From Kudoa neothunni (taxonomy: Eukaryota; Animalia; Cnidaria), in contig OZ199840.1 of the NCBI GenBank assembly GCA_964304625.1, positions 10,363,220-10,427,219 on the forward strand: a DNA stretch of 64,000 bases, read 5' to 3'. The notes below the pieces were generated by a model, which was not told the DNA's origin, did no database searches, and was given only the letters and a program-made list of their open reading frames with translations. Within the stretch, counting starts at the first letter, position 1. Each line of letters begins with the position of its first letter. The translations under genes and the position numbers were made by a program. Positions 12,431 to 27,100 of this stretch are shown piece after piece.

Positions 12431-13998
12431 ATTTCTTTTTACTTATTACTTAATATCTTAAACGTTTTCAATGCAATTAAATTGGAGAGCAATCTTAGAA
12501 GTTTTATTTCTAAATATTATTCGTCTTCAAAAACTTTATTTAACGAAAGAACTTTAATTGATAAACATCACTCCAAAACAGTTATGGAGGGCGCGAGATC
12601 GATTGAAACGGCTCTTTCGAATGTTCAATATAACTTAACCATCGGTGAATCACCTCACGCTAAGAACCGACTGATTTCTGACACATTAGCTAGCTATTAC
12701 GATTGTTATTCGAACAGAAGAAAACTAATTATGTTAGATTCGTCGAGAATTTTACAATGTAACTCAGGTACGGTTGTTAACCAATTATCAAATGTGCTGA
12801 ACGTTGTGATTTAACATGGGATAACTGTTATACCATCAGTTCGGATTCAACCTCATATATAAAAGAACTTGTCAAAGAACCGAAAACGATGTACCTACAT
12901 ATTATTCGAATCTCGTGCTTTTCACATTTTATACATCTTGCCTTTCGCAAAGCTTCTGATACTTATTTTATGAATATTAAAATGTTATGCTTGAAGTTTT
13001 CGTCTATTCTGGCAAAAAACAAAAATTCTTAAATCATATTTCCGGTTCTTATCAAGAATAACAATATAGAAAATTTATAAGAGCTCGTATTTTTTAAATC
13101 CGTTTGTATAGATTTTACAATTGTTTAAACCAGATAAATAAGTACTATCAAGAAATGGTGAGTTTTTTAAATGAAAGCAAAGACGAGAAACTTGGGGATA
13201 AGTTTTTTTTAACACCTAGAAATAAATTCAAATAGTTAGAGTATCTTATTTTTGTCTGTAAAAATGCTGGTGAAATAACTTACGCCCATGATGGATTTTT
13301 CAAAACATATAGAAACCGAAGTAAACTTTTGTCTCTCAAGAGTATTTTAATGAATGAATGACGATTTCGGAATTAAAAAGATTAATCTGTTGAGAAATCA
13401 CAAGGATACTTTTGGTTTTCTTCCATTTTAAGCTAGAGAAGAGTTGATCGCTAAGGCTTAATATTTCTTCGATTGAATAATCCAGGAAATCCGTCAATGC
13501 ACAATAAACAACATGAAAGCTTATTGTTTATTATTAACATTTATGGGGACAATCGAACACATCCACCCAATCATTTGATTGTCGGATTGTCGAATCGTCG
13601 ATTGAAGACGCAAGTATTGATGATCTCTGCTACCTGTTGCATGCTAAAGACAAGACAGAACTAAAAATGGATAATTTTTAAGCTGTGAATAAACTAACTA
13701 CTGATAATAAACAATGGGAAAAATCAGGTATCTACTCATTGTCGTCCGAACATACAAAAGATTTGTTACTGTCGCCTGTATCATAAATTATTGTTGAAAG
13801 GCGTTTGTCGAAAATGAGTTATACGTTCCGAAAAAAGATGATGGGATTGTCTGATGGGCGATTTACCATATTATCGATTTAAAATTTTAACGGTCCATCC
13901 ATTCATTAACCTATGTTTAGTCACAATAATTGAATCCATCGTTTAAAATTTGTTTCACTATTTCTGTTGTAATATAATCCTAAAAATCACGACTTATA
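12430..13998 (+). mobile_element. Degenerate hAT-like transposase relic (same family as 14068-16187)
   Basis: LTIGESPHAKNRLISDTL, CFSHFIHL and IVERRLSKM remnants; many stops and frameshifts. Confidence 0.65.
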
Positions 13999-14067
13999 AG
14001 ATATTTTTATGATCGATAAAAGCCGTTGACTTAAAAAAATAGAAAATTGCAAAGTCATACATATAAT

Positions 14068-16187
14068 TAAAGCATGTAACTTTCGATTAAAATCGATTTT
14101 CGTCGAATTTATAAAAAAAAATCAACGTTTTTTTTCTTCGGATCTTATCAGTTTTCGCGACATTTAAACATATGGCGAGAAAAAGATGACAATTGTTTAG
14201 TTTTTTGGACGAATGATCGTTTCTTAGAATAATTGACAATGTTTTGGTGTGCAAATACTGTAAAAATTAACCCACCAGCACAACAGAATAGAGTACAGGA
14301 GCATTCAGTTTCAAAAAAACATAATTCATCGTTTAATTTATGAAAACATACGTCTCCGTTACCTAATTATTTTTATAGAGATCGAAATAATGATGAAATG
14401 GAAATCGATTTAGTTTCGATGATAATTTTTGGTGGACTTTCTTTTAAATCCATTGCGATGCATACTCCCCTGCGTAACTATATTACAAAAATACTGTCTT
14501 ATCACGCGATATTTACCTGATGTTAGACTATTATTTGACAAAAATGTTGAAGCATTGACGCTTATATTGAACAATGTGCGGTTTTCATTAGTGATTGACG
14601 AGACTCCGGATTTCAAGAATCGGCCAATGATTCATACTTTAGTGTGCTTCTATGATCATTGATCACTCGTTGGATAAAAAAGGGTTTTTATGATGGATCA
14701 CACGATTTTACATTAATGTAGCTCAGTGATTATTTCCAACCATATTTCTCAAGTGATGACAAAATGTAAACTCGATAGGAACAATTATTTGGCTATAATA
14801 TCCGACGTAACGTCATACATGATAAAATATTACAAAAATATTTCATCATTACATTCAATTATCATAAGAGTTCGTTTTTTCTCCCATTTGATTGATCTTT
14901 CAATTCCAATAATTGTCAGACATACTTCCACATGAGAAAATTTTTTTCATGAAACTTTAGGCATTTCATTCAAAAACAGACGTGCTAGGTAGGTTTTTAT
15001 GTATCATCCAGAAAAACATGATATTGAGTATTTAAAAGAAATACTCGGTGTAAATGATTGCGGATAGTATAGTCTCTATAATTGTGTTAAGGAAATATTG
15101 AATTATATCCATGCTGTTATTGTCAATGATTTCTCAGTTGATAAATAGATTGATCTAAACGTTTCTTCACTCAAAGAATTATTTATTTATTAAGTCATTG
15201 TCCAAACATTAAATCCTATTAACGACTTTTCAAAGTTTGTTGAATGGGAGAATGAACTAACTTCTTCAAGTGTATTCGAATGGATATCAACAACGTTCCG
15301 AGTTGATTAAACTTCAATAATATTGTCTCAAGACCAAACCCTTCCCGAATGGAATTTTAAGGAGAGAGAAGCCATCACAATTAAGTTGAATTTGTTTATT
15401 GATAAATTAATATTGAAACTCAATGAGATAATATGTAAACAAACGTACGATTGTTCCCTATCTTCAACGTTCATGGAGACTATCAAGAACCTAGATACTA
15501 CCAAAAATATGAATTTCAAATCAATAGATATACCTGATATTGCGGAATTCTTAAGTAAAGAACAAAGAAAATTAATAAAGTTCAACTTCAATTATTATCT
15601 TCCTTAAATGAAATAGATGTGATTGGTGATTCACACTTTTGGATCAACAAGAGAAGATTAGTTCCAGTATTATCAAAAATAGCGCTGGATATTTTAACAA
15701 TTTCTACTTCTTCAATCGCTGTTGAAATAAACGTTTCAGAAATGAGACATTCATTCACACAATATCGATTTTCACTCTCAAAAGAAAAATGCTCAATGAT
15801 CATGCAGCTATATTACAAGGGAAACATTGAATATTAATAATTGATATAATTATTCATAATTTATTTCTTTTTCTGTGTTTTAAATGGAATTTTATTCACT
15901 TAATTATATTATTTTCTCTCAGAGTTATTAATTTTCGTTATAATAAAATAATATTTTTGATATTTATCCAATTAAAGATTGATTTTTTAAATAAGTCTAC
16001 ATTCAAATATATGATTTATATTATTTACGTGGTTTTAAATGGTTTAATTTTGATAACCAATTAATTTGTACATTAGATGTGTGTACTTTTCGATAAACCT
16101 CTGAATGCACGCATCAATCCTTTTTATGGGAAAACGTCGGTTCCAATAGATTTTTGTAAAAATTAGCGTCGAAAATCACACGCTCTA
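14068..16187 (+). mobile_element. Full-length but decayed hAT-superfamily transposon
   Basis: TIRs TAAAGCATGTAACTTT / AAAATCACACGCTCTA flanked by a perfect 8-bp TSD CATATAAT; transposase remnants FSLVIDETPD, AIISD.TSYM, FSHLIDL and ILTISTSSIAVE..S (hAT dimerisation region). Confidence 0.88.
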
Positions 16188-18287
16188 CATATAATATGTA
16201 ATATGGAGACAACTTGGTGAAAATAAATACCAACTCATTAAAACTCAAACAAATTCTGAGATGTTGTTTTACCAGATTTATTTAAACACTAAGTATCATT
16301 TCAAAAAGACCTAAAATTTCTGTAGATATCAAAGAGGGAAATATATTGACATAGTTTGTACATTATTATCTTTAATAATTTGATATACTTGAACTCATCT
16401 GAAAGCATAATCATGTTTATTCCGAAAACGATATTTGAATGATGTTCTGGGGCTAATGTCAAGAATTCATCAGAAATTAATTTATATTCGACTCACAAAG
16501 TATATTCGTTTGCAACTAACAGTGTAAGATTATGTGAGTTGCCAATCTTAAATACAAATCATGTCTACAAGAATATCCGCATTGTATAATCATTTATAGA
16601 AGAATTATGCAGAATTAAAAAAAAAGGATGCGGGTCACACTGATCCTTCGTAAGACGAGTAGGGTCAAAACGTCCTCAGATGATTTTATATCCATTATAA
16701 CTTTTTTTGTGTTCAAGCTAACGTCTAATAATTTTATTATTCCTTTATATTATACATGTATATAATATAATTCAAATTTCTCTATTTTGAATAATTTTAC
16801 CAATATAATTTTAAAATTTTATATTAATTTTGATCTATTTAAAAATAAGTTAAAAATAATTTTACTGAATTGTAACTCGAAAATACGCATTCTAAAATAC
16901 TAAATGGCGTTCTTTGAACCAATTTAATTATTCTAATGCATAATTTTGTAGATTCCAATAAAAACAGTTAAATACAGTTCGTCATATTTTAAAAATTTAA
17001 GTTAATTTAAAAAATTTAAAACAAAAATTATTGTCATTATTTATAATTAATTATATAACATATCTACTTTATTGAAAAAAAATATATAAAAAACTCAATC
17101 GGGTGTACATATTCGTATTTTTAGTATATCAAGTCATTGTTTTTAAATCTGTCTCAACAAAAATTTTCAATGTATTTTAAAGATAACGGGAAATTTTTAC
17201 TTTTTTATGATACATGTGAATAGGGTTTTTTGTAATTTTCATTTTTCCTGTAATTTGTTAATAATGACTGATAAAAATTATTTTGGTCCCTTTTACTTTA
17301 TGAATAATTATAATTAACAGTTTTTATGCAATACATAATATTTAGTCCAAAAACAAAAAAAATCGGCGTTAAAAGCGGAAAATAATAGTTATTAAAAAAA
17401 AAAAATTTTTGTCTAAAAAATATTTGAACAGAGTGATTTTTTGGTTTAAATATTAAAAGGTTTTGCATCTTGTATTATTTTATAAAAAAATTAAATTCAA
17501 ATAGTCAGTATCTATTTTTAAAATTAAATGGAATGGAATTTAATGTGGTTTTAAAAATAAATTTACCATTTTCACGTTATATTTAAGTATAAAAATTACA
17601 AATACAATATTTAACTTGTTACAAATTCCCTATACAATTAGATGAATAAAAGTTAGCCAAATCATAAAATTAATAGATATATATATATATATGTATATAT
17701 AATATATGGATAATTATCATAAAATAATTATATATTTTTTTATTATTTAAAAATTTACATATTTATATTTTATATTATTGTTGTGAAATTCTATAATATT
17801 TGTATTTTTATTAAATCTGGAATCGTAAATAAATGATAGATAATAGATAATGCAATGATAAATCAATTGACTTTTAGTCACATTATTAAGGAACTTTTCA
17901 AAATAATTTCTATCTAAATTTTGAATGAAATGTTGTAAGAAATATATTATATAAACAAAGGAAAATCAATATTCCAATTAAATAGGGTTTTAAAAAATGC
18001 GTGAAATCGGTTACTTACCTTACTGTAATATTTGTATAATAACTATAACTATAAATCAACTCTTATACCTCTCAGCATCTTCAAATCAATACGTAAATTT
18101 ATAGCAAAATACTCAGCTATACATCATTCACTCTTAATTTTATATACTTATTATTGAACACCGCTATACTCCATACTAGTGAATTGATGAAATTACACAT
18201 TTTTAAAATCGAAAAAAATAAACTCTTATTAAAAAAGACAAAAATATTCCGATAATAAGTTGAATGAAATAAAAACATTTATTTCCA

Positions 18288-19289
18288 TCAGGAGAGAAAG
18301 TCCGGTAATGGTTCAATGTATTTATAGTTGAGTATCATAGCAACGCCTTCGGGAAGATTGTATTGGAAATAGGTCAATAGAACATTTGCGTTGTTTTCCG
18401 TCAAACGATAAAACTAAGCAACCCAACAATAATCAGATACAAGAACGCTTAACACTATATCCAAACATACAGTAATTGACCGCCTGTATGTACGTTGTTC
18501 GTATTGAACACGAGCTTTCTTGTGAATGAAGGGGCTTTTTAATACAGTTCTTCGATGGGTGAAATAAGGAATAACACATCTAAATTTTCCAACCGAATCC
18601 AGCTAGATGCACACAATATTCAACGTTACATTTGTGAGGTTTGAAGGTCCAAATTTTCAATGACCATTTGCAAAAATTTCAAATAACTTTTCAGCACTTC
18701 TTCATCGTGGCCTCTAATTTCCATCTCGATAGATTCGAATAGCTTTTGTTTCTTCATAACAATTAATTATATTTGATTTTTAAAACCACAGTACTTTATT
18801 AGAATCAAATTTTGATTCCTTGATGTTTGTTAAATCATCAACATTCGTTGAAGATACATTTTCAGAATTATTCTTGGTCTCGTCTGTTGAGAATTGATTT
18901 ATTAGATGTAATTCATCCCCCTTAGTTGTGAGAGAATTAATTGTTGGTTCATTTTGTAAAATTTTCATTATATCAACTGAATTCGATTGCCAATTATTGT
19001 TTCTTCCCTTTGGATTTATGATTTGGTCTCTAAAGTTGTATATTCAAACCCCACAAAATTTAAATGTTACACTAGTGTTGGAAATTCTTCAACAATTTTT
19101 CCATTCGAAAAATGACATTTCCATGTGAATCCATAGGTGATATCTTCTGAATTTAAGAAAAAATTTATCTTTTTATTTATTAATTCTATAATTACTGGAT
19201 ATTTTATAATTATAATTTTTTGCATATTTATGCACCAATTCACTAATGTTTCTTCTTTGATTTATCAGTGGCATTTTAAAAATATTCAT
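18288..19289 (-). CDS. MRPS10: Mitochondrial ribosomal protein S10 (uS10m), 6 exons
   Basis: Spliced product contains IRGHDEEVLKSY, TVLKSPFIHKKARVQYEQRTY and LTYFQYNLPEGVAM, matching metazoan MRPS10 (KGHDKAVLDSY / KKHRVQYEMRT / IQRNLPEGVAM). Short GT-AG introns, e.g. 18752-18794; stop at 18288-18290. 5' exons are less certain. Confidence 0.88.
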
Positions 19290-19924
19290 TTTGAATTCTC
19301 AGTTAAATTAGTCGAATCGAAACGTATTTGATTTTGGAATGCAAACTGGCGTTTTAACAACGTTGCTATAGTAACCAATGAGTGTGCGTGCGCATCTACG
19401 CATATTTAAATTTAATTTAAAAGCCCAACAATAATAATATATTTATAATATAATTAAACGATATTGAGATAAATTATGAAATGTATTAAAATATAATACT
19501 AAATATAGCTGTCGATTAACATGTAATGTTCGAATAATTAAATGTAAGTCAATTTTAATCTGAGTAGACTTATGTTTATATTTAAACTTTTTCTATATAT
19601 GATTTAAATAAATGTATATATATTAGTTTTCTTAAATTTTATATTAATTTAACAATATTCATTATACGAAAATTTATATTGGTATATTTGTGAATGTAGA
19701 TTATTTAGATAAAAAAATTGATTTTTTTTATTTATGTCAATTTTGTTAAACAGTTGTGATTGCATCATCTAAAAAAACATATATATACACACACAAAAGA
19801 TCTGATATTTGATTAACAATGTTATTCTTAATTTGGTGAATTGAATTAAACAGTTGTTAAATAAACGCCATAAAAATATTCAATAGTATCACCAAGTAGC
19901 CAATAGCTACTCTCTATCCATGTA
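19290..19924. promoter_or_regulatory. Probable bidirectional promoter between head-to-head MRPS10 and SLC36 genes
   Basis: Start codons diverge 635 bp apart. A GC-rich GTGCGTGCGCAT element (NRF1-like) lies at about 19385 in otherwise very AT-rich DNA. Confidence 0.4.
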
Positions 19925-21798
19925 ATGAAAGCGACGTATGAAAGTCCAGAGATAAAGTCAAATTCGCCTGAAAATGACTCGCCCACTCCAAGGTATATTG
20001 GAAACAATGTGTTCTGAGTGAATCTAATAACATTATTTCCAATCTAGCTCAAAGGACTATGAATATGTTGATGGGTCGGCTAATTTAAAGTATCCCCTGT
20101 TATTTTTCAATTTAAAATCATATCTAATCAAGCAAATCACAAGTAATATTTCACCTATTCAAGGGATGTATTGGGACTGGTATACTTGGAATACCCTTCG
20201 CTATTAAAAGTGCTGGAATTTTGGTGAGATATCGTTATATATATATATATATATGGACGAATGAATGAATGAAATTATTTATTTATTTGTTTATATTTAA
20301 GTTTGGTCCATTTTGTCTTGGTTTAATATCTCTGATGACAGTTTATTGTATGCATTTGATTATTCTCTGCAAAAGACATATTCAAAAAAAGTATTTGTTA
20401 TTTGACATCTCAAACATTACTCAGCTATATTTTATACGAAATATAGGAATGAATTGGACTCGATCGATTTCGCTATGACCGTGGTTTATAGCTGTGAAGA
20501 ATATTTTCCTTCTCACAGAAATACTATTGAGTATTTACATAATATTCGTTTTGTTTACTATTATCGTCTGTCTGTCTGTCTGTGAATGATTTGGATCGTT
20601 CTAAATGGTCAAATTAGGGCGATTACCGATCTCCTCCTTATAATTACCCAAACTGGCTTTCTGTGTGTTTACGTAGCATTTATCACCGCATCCATAATGA
20701 TGGTATTTTTGTTTTGGCGCGTTCGCACACTCACCAGCATTATTCTTTAGTATCACCCATCGTGCAACGAAATTTATATCATTATAATTTTGTATTTTTT
20801 ATTGTGCACCATTTGTGTCACAAGTAACCTACGAATCATTGGTTTGTTTTCGGCGACCTCAAGTGTTTTCCTAGTATTTTTTTATTATCTACTGTCACAA
20901 TTGAACAAATAATGTAATCTATTCAGCTCATAATTTGAAAATGTAGATAACTGCCCTTGGAATGGTTTATTATGAGTTGATATTGAATTATCATGGGGTT
21001 TCGCAGTTGCCGCTCATAACGCACCCTGAATCTTGGCCTGTCTTCTTTGGTATTACTATTTTTGCCTTTGAAGGAATAGCTGTGGTACTTTTATATGTGG
21101 TAGGTTCGAATCTAATCCACCAACAAACATAGGTACCCCCTATTGAAGATGAAATGAAAGATAAAACCTATTTTTTCCTCTGCTTGGACTCCACTATGGC
21201 ATTTGTGTTCGTTCTGTATACATTATGCGGTTTCCTTGGCTATGCGGTTTATGGAGAAAAAATAATGGGGAGTGTGACACTCAACCTCGACAAAGGATCG
21301 TAAAACTTATTTAAACTCATTTTTGTAGTGTCCTTGCTTAAAAAATATCCATTCACAGATTTTACACCAAGATCATCTCCTATATGTATATTGTGGCAAT
21401 ATTTCTGAGCTATCCCATTCAATTTTACGTCCCTATGAAAATCGCCTCCAAACATCTCACCAACGATGATAATCCGTTTCGACAAATCACACTCAATTCG
21501 ATTCGTTATGGACTCATTTTTATGACTTGTATGATTGCTAAAGACGCTTGAGTTTCTGATTCCTTTTTTATTAGGCTTGGCGGCCGTACTTATTCCAAAA
21601 ATCGAAATTTTGATATCATTATTCGGCTCGTTTGCCGCGTCTGTTGTTTCTCTTATCCTACCGCCCGTTGTCTATATGATGTGTTTCTGTAAAAGAGGCA
21701 TCTCCACAATCAGTTGTTTTATCAATGTAATTATTATTTTATTCGGTATTCTCGGTTGTGTTCTTGGCACCTACACCTCCCTCAAAACCATCCTCTAA
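19925..21798 (+). CDS. SLC36A: Proton-coupled amino acid transporter (SLC36/PAT family), ~11 exons
   Basis: Spliced motifs HLFKGCIGTGILGIPFAIKSAG, ITQTGFLCVYVAF, PVFFGITIFAFEGIAVVPPIEDEM, GFLGYAVYGEKIMGSVTLNL, SYPIQFYVP and ISLFGSFAASVVSLILPP; all introns GT-AG and in frame. Confidence 0.92.
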
Positions 21799-22133
21799 TT
21801 TAACATCCTCTTATACAAATTGTAGTCATATTTTGATTCATTTTGTGATATAAATTTTATTTGATTGTTTTCTTGATGCGCTGAATAATAATTATATCAA
21901 GCCATTTATGATTCAAATGGTTCGAACTCAGATATAGAAATTTTATCAATCTCTTAATCAATTGATTTAACACAAGCGAGAAATTCCCATATTGGTCCCT
22001 CCATCAAGATTATTTTGATTTGAATAATCTTAGTAAACTTCGAATGATCCAGTATTTCACGATTAAATTGCAAGTTTGCCGCTAAATCTCTATTTTCTTC
22101 TCTTACTGTAGATGAAATTTAAAAATATTAAAA

Positions 22134-23512
22134 ATGATATTAAGGAAATTATTATTTCCTCGCATGAAGTAATTTATCTGATAATTTTGAAAAGTTAAAT
22201 AAATTTTCGTAAATGGGTCAAACAAACAGAGAAATAGTTAAAGCTGATAAGACATATGAATGTACTATTAGCAGAATAATTAAAAAGTATTATTCAACTG
22301 GGAGTTGTGCTCGAATCAAGAAAGGTGGTAATCGACGATCAAAGTTGATAGACGACCATATCGGTCATCTAAAAAAATTAATCATCGATGACTGTACGAT
22401 ATCACTTAGAGCTATTTGTGAAAAATTTATTTACACGTTGCATCTAAACAGCATACAAATAAAACAATAGGCGTTTTTGATTAATCTCTGAGTTATATTT
22501 TTGTGGTATCTCAAGTTAGGAATAGCGCTGAAAATATCTGAAAAAGATGGGTAAAGGCCAACATTTAAAACGGTTCCATAATTAATATCGAGTTTTGCGC
22601 ATTATGCAAAAAATCAATGAAACCATTTATTGGCTCCATTTTAAACATAAATTCATTTATATAATGAAAGTAAGGTTTTTCTATGTTTCATTCTTGAACT
22701 CTTCATTGATTTAATTAAATTACTACAACTGATAATTATAAATTTCTCGTCAACAGCCCTCTTTATCCTTGGCATTGTCAAATTGACTGTGCAATGTCGA
22801 ATCAAGACGGGGTTTTCGAACCTTGGAATTGCTACGCAATACAAAATTACTTCGCCATACTAAGCAATTTCATATTAATTTTTTTATTCATAAATATTTT
22901 TACATATATTTTACGAGATAATAATGTAATTATTACTTAACAGTATCCAAATTTATAATCAATTAAAAAATCATCGAGATATTGAGTTACTACGCGATAC
23001 CGAGTAACGTAATATCGAGGCACGACTGTAGGACTGTAGATACGTAGTGGAACTATTGAGGCTTAAAGAAGAATATGAAGAAATACTATTCTTGGATGAG
23101 TCCGAAAAAATTATGTAAATTTAATATAGAGCACGGACGTGTGAACACATTAGTTTTTAAAAGTTTTATTTTGGATCTTAAAGATTTTCGTCAAAAACAA
23201 TATGTCAAAGGCCCTCATAATGATGGATTATGTTTCTTTCCATAAATCGACAATTATCCAATATTTTACATCGGTGGCGGATCAAACCATTTTATTCTTG
23301 CCTCCATACTCACTATTCTTAAATCCTACTGAGAATTTATTCAATCACTGAGAGTCTATCGTCCGTCTGTCAAATCCAAAAATAAAAATGGATTGGAACA
23401 ATGTATGATTGATGTAAATGAGAGAATTGCTGTGGATAATTTAAAAAATTATTACAAGAATTCCAAAAAATACAATTCAAAGTGTCTTAGATCTAAAATA
23501 ATTCAAAACTAA
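22134..23512 (+). mobile_element. Tc1/IS630-like transposase pseudogene with internal insertion
   Basis: HTH region TISRIIKKYYSTGS..KKGGNRRSKL; DDE region IMMDYVSFHK and FLPPYSLFLNPTENLF; interrupted at about 22500-23030 by sequence ending in a pogo-like TIR (CGAGGCACGACTG|TA). Confidence 0.8.
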
Positions 23513-23596
23513 TTTAAATAATATTATTATAATTAAAAGATTCATTTTTTATATGCTTGCAATTTGTTCGTAAAATACTCTACATTAATTATTTAA

Positions 23597-26488
23597 TCTT
23601 CTAAGTAACACATAATTAGGCATCTTCCGAGTAACAACGGGTGAGAAAAGACCCCAAAAATTTTTTGCATATTTCACATTCTTAGATTATTTACTAACTA
23701 AAAGTGAAATAAAATTTTAAAATTTGTAGGTTTTCCATATTATTTTCACGTTTTAAATTTATCTGCGCATGTGCGTATATACATATTGTCTATATAAGGG
23801 CGATTGTCGAAATTTAAAACTACTGTTTTTATAATTCTCCTAAAATCCTCATAAAATGTAAAAAAAACCCATTAAACTATATTTTTTTTGTTCAAAAAAA
23901 TAAATTTTTCTATTTTTATAATGCAAAATTTAGCAAACTAAATTTAAAACAGTGAACTACACAGGCGTTCATTTCATTAAGTAATTTCCATTTTTTGTCA
24001 TTATTTAAGAGGAAATAAGTTGAGTTTGAAAACTATTTTATATATAGAAAATAACTGAACAACTGTAATAAACTAAAATATTCTTGTGAACAAACTAATT
24101 AAAATCCATGTTATGAATAACTATAAAGAACAATCTTTGCAACATGAACATTTACAGAGATCACATGTGATGATTTTTTTATCATTGTCTTGGCGACACC
24201 AAATACATCTATATTCAATATTTTCCAGCAGAATGTCGAGTATTTATGGAATCTGTATGCTCTATTATCTGTGAAATTTTGTTCTTCCTTTTATTTAATG
24301 GTTCAGATAATTCAAAAGCGACTTTTTTCAAAAAGTCTCTTCTTTTAATATTTGGTCCGTTAAATATCTCCTTGTAAACTACAAACGCATTTACAAGTGA
24401 GATATCAATCACACTGTAAAACACAACTAACGGCCATCTTCTGGTGAATCGTCTCACTGAAGCCGATGCCAATATTATACTGTAGAATAACATCTGGCTT
24501 ATGAGGAAACATTCTAGAAAGTTTTGTGTTATGGTCGGATGTATACAATAGGAGGATTTTCTTATTTTCTTTGGAGTGAACGATACCAACATTGTCTTTC
24601 GGTTAAAAACAAATTTTGATCCATTCACTGGGGTTCTTCTATTAAGGAGGAGGAATGGTGGTATATCTCGTTTGTTCTTACGAATTGTACCAATTAGATT
24701 TTCAGTTAATTTGAGAGCAATATTCTTACCAATATATGCATCCATATTTAATACATATGAAGTTTGTGGATCTACTAGTAAAAAAAATTTTAACCCGTAT
24801 TTCGCGGGTTTATTCTTCATATATTGTCTGAAGGAGCAGTTACCCCTAAAGGATACCTACGGTTCAGCAAGACACACATCAAACCCTGGATTATAACTTT
24901 TTCTAGCAATATTTACCAAATAATTTTCTCTGCTCTCTTGTATTTGTGTCGTCAAAATGGATAGCCATGTATAAGATATAGCCAATGAACAATGTATTTC
25001 ATCGCATTCAATGTTTTCCCATTTATTCCCCATAATGATTATTCCCATATTGGTTGGCAAATTCAATGATTTATTTCACTATTTCCAAGGGGGAAAATGG
25101 TGAAAACATCCATCGATACTAGAAATTCTTTGAGTGGCGTGTGAAGTCACATCTTGTTTAAAATTTACCATGTTTTCCTCTATCTTTTTTCTTGGTTTCA
25201 CGAAGCTCCACAAATTATTTTTATCAACGAGGGAATCGGCATATTCGCTAATCATGGATTCATCTCCAACGTGTTTATTATCAGACTCCCTCGTATATAT
25301 CAAATCCAATGTATCGAGGTCAGACTCATTGATTCTACCATCGCTACTTGCTAAAAAATATTCCATCGCCACTAAAACAATGTTTCGCGTGTGTGCGCTT
25401 TGATGGGTTTTAAGTATTTGTCATTTTTTCAGCATGAAGCTATTGTTCAATTTAAGTTTCCTTTCATTACTGGAATTATTGAATTGTATAGTATTGAAAT
25501 TTCAAAAAAAAATCATGGCTTTATTTCACCCCAATTGTTACTCGGGGTGTGATTTTTCAAATCCTCGCCACGTTTATTTATAATTTTATAAAAAATGTTT
25601 TGTAATAGATAATTTGAGTTAAACAAACATACCTAAAATCTTATTATTGAAGACTTTCTGTATGTAGAGAAAACTGGAGTGTAATTTCTTCTGGGGTCAT
25701 TTTTCACCCCAAGTGAATTTTTCCATCTATATTATAGTGAATTAATTGAACATAACTCCTCTCCAGTTTTTGTAATCTTTTACCTTTATAAAATCTTTCA
25801 GAAAAATGAATTGAAATTTTTTTTTCCATATACCAAAAAAGTTAACGTAAAAACACCTCCCAAATAAAATTGGAGTAGAAATATATCTGACATTTTTCTT
25901 TCATAAAACTGTTTAAAATATTGATAAATGTCATTTTTAAAAATTTACGGAATTTCTATCCAGTAAATAATGAATAAATAACGAAACATCGTACATGCCA
26001 TGCCAGCCCGCATGCGCAACATCGATGTAGGCATGTCGTTCTCTCCTGAATACAACGATAGCTCCATATTATCTCATTCTTTTTATACCAGTTATTCAAA
26101 ATACGATGACTTCATTAGTTTGCTTAGTTCTGCGTTGTAAAAATCATCAAAAAAACAAATGATATAATTATTCTACAGTTTGAAAAGTTTTGTTTTTTGT
26201 GTTTTTCCGCGCAGTTTTACACGGCGTTACTTAAAATAAGATAAATTAATTGGCAGCTATTATGAAACTTGAATTAAATATTAAAACTAAAAAGCACGAA
26301 AATACACCTATCAATACAATCATCCACCAAAGAAATGTAACAACATAAATTTATGCGCATGCGAATATATAATATAACTTTAATAATTGGTCATTTATTC
26401 AGAATTTACTCAATGAATCTTCCTCATATTTTGTCAGTCGATGCTCACGTTTATCTGAAGGTTGTAAATTTTTAAGTTACTTAGAAGA
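23597..26488 (-). mobile_element. piggyBac transposon with disrupted transposase
   Basis: TTAA|TCTTCTAAGTAAC ... GTTACTTAGAAGA|TTAA; FRGNCSFRQYMKNKPAKYGLKFF, IGTIRKNKRDIP, RRFTRRWPLVVFY and a C-terminal Cys-rich domain; frameshifts and internal deletions. Confidence 0.92.
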
Positions 26489-26519
26489 TTAAATTAGCTC
26501 CTATAAATATGCATATAGA

Positions 26520-27100
26520 TTGAAAACGTTGTATTTTGTAATTGCTGTTATCGATTAAAATCGATTTCGTTGATTTTTATGGTCGAATTTTTTTTAAAGT
26601 TTCGATTTTTATTCTTCCGTGGAATCTTCGGTCACGTTCGTTCTTTAATTTATTAATGGAAGATGTAGAATGCGCAGGGAAGTTGATAGTTTTTTGACAG
26701 AATTAATTAAGTTGGAGAGTTCGATAAAAAATATCGTTTGTTAATGTTGCAAAATAAAAGGTTTATTGCGACAGAATAGAGTTAACTAGCACGTTTAATA
26801 AAAAAACATTTCTACGCATATATCTTTTGAAATTATATAAAAAGACGAATAGAGTCGAAGTATTCAATACTTTAAAAACTTCCGTTAGGTTTGACTTCTA
26901 GTACTTATCTTCGATCGAGGTTGAACGATGCTTTACTTAAATTCGGCGTAAAGAATCGCAAGTAGGACGAAACTGCCATCCGATCATTAATATATGCTAT
27001 CAATCTTATGTTTAAATAGTAAATCAATTATCTGATTAACCAACTTTGAATTTAAACTGTGTTTTCTCGGATTTTTTTCTAAAATAAACGTCGGAAACGA
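26520..27100 (+). mobile_element. Deletion derivative of the 14068-16187 hAT family
   Basis: Shares the TCGATTAAAATCGATTT subterminal motif, N-terminal ACAGAATAGAGT sequence and a C-terminal SSIEVERCF-like remnant. Confidence 0.5.
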
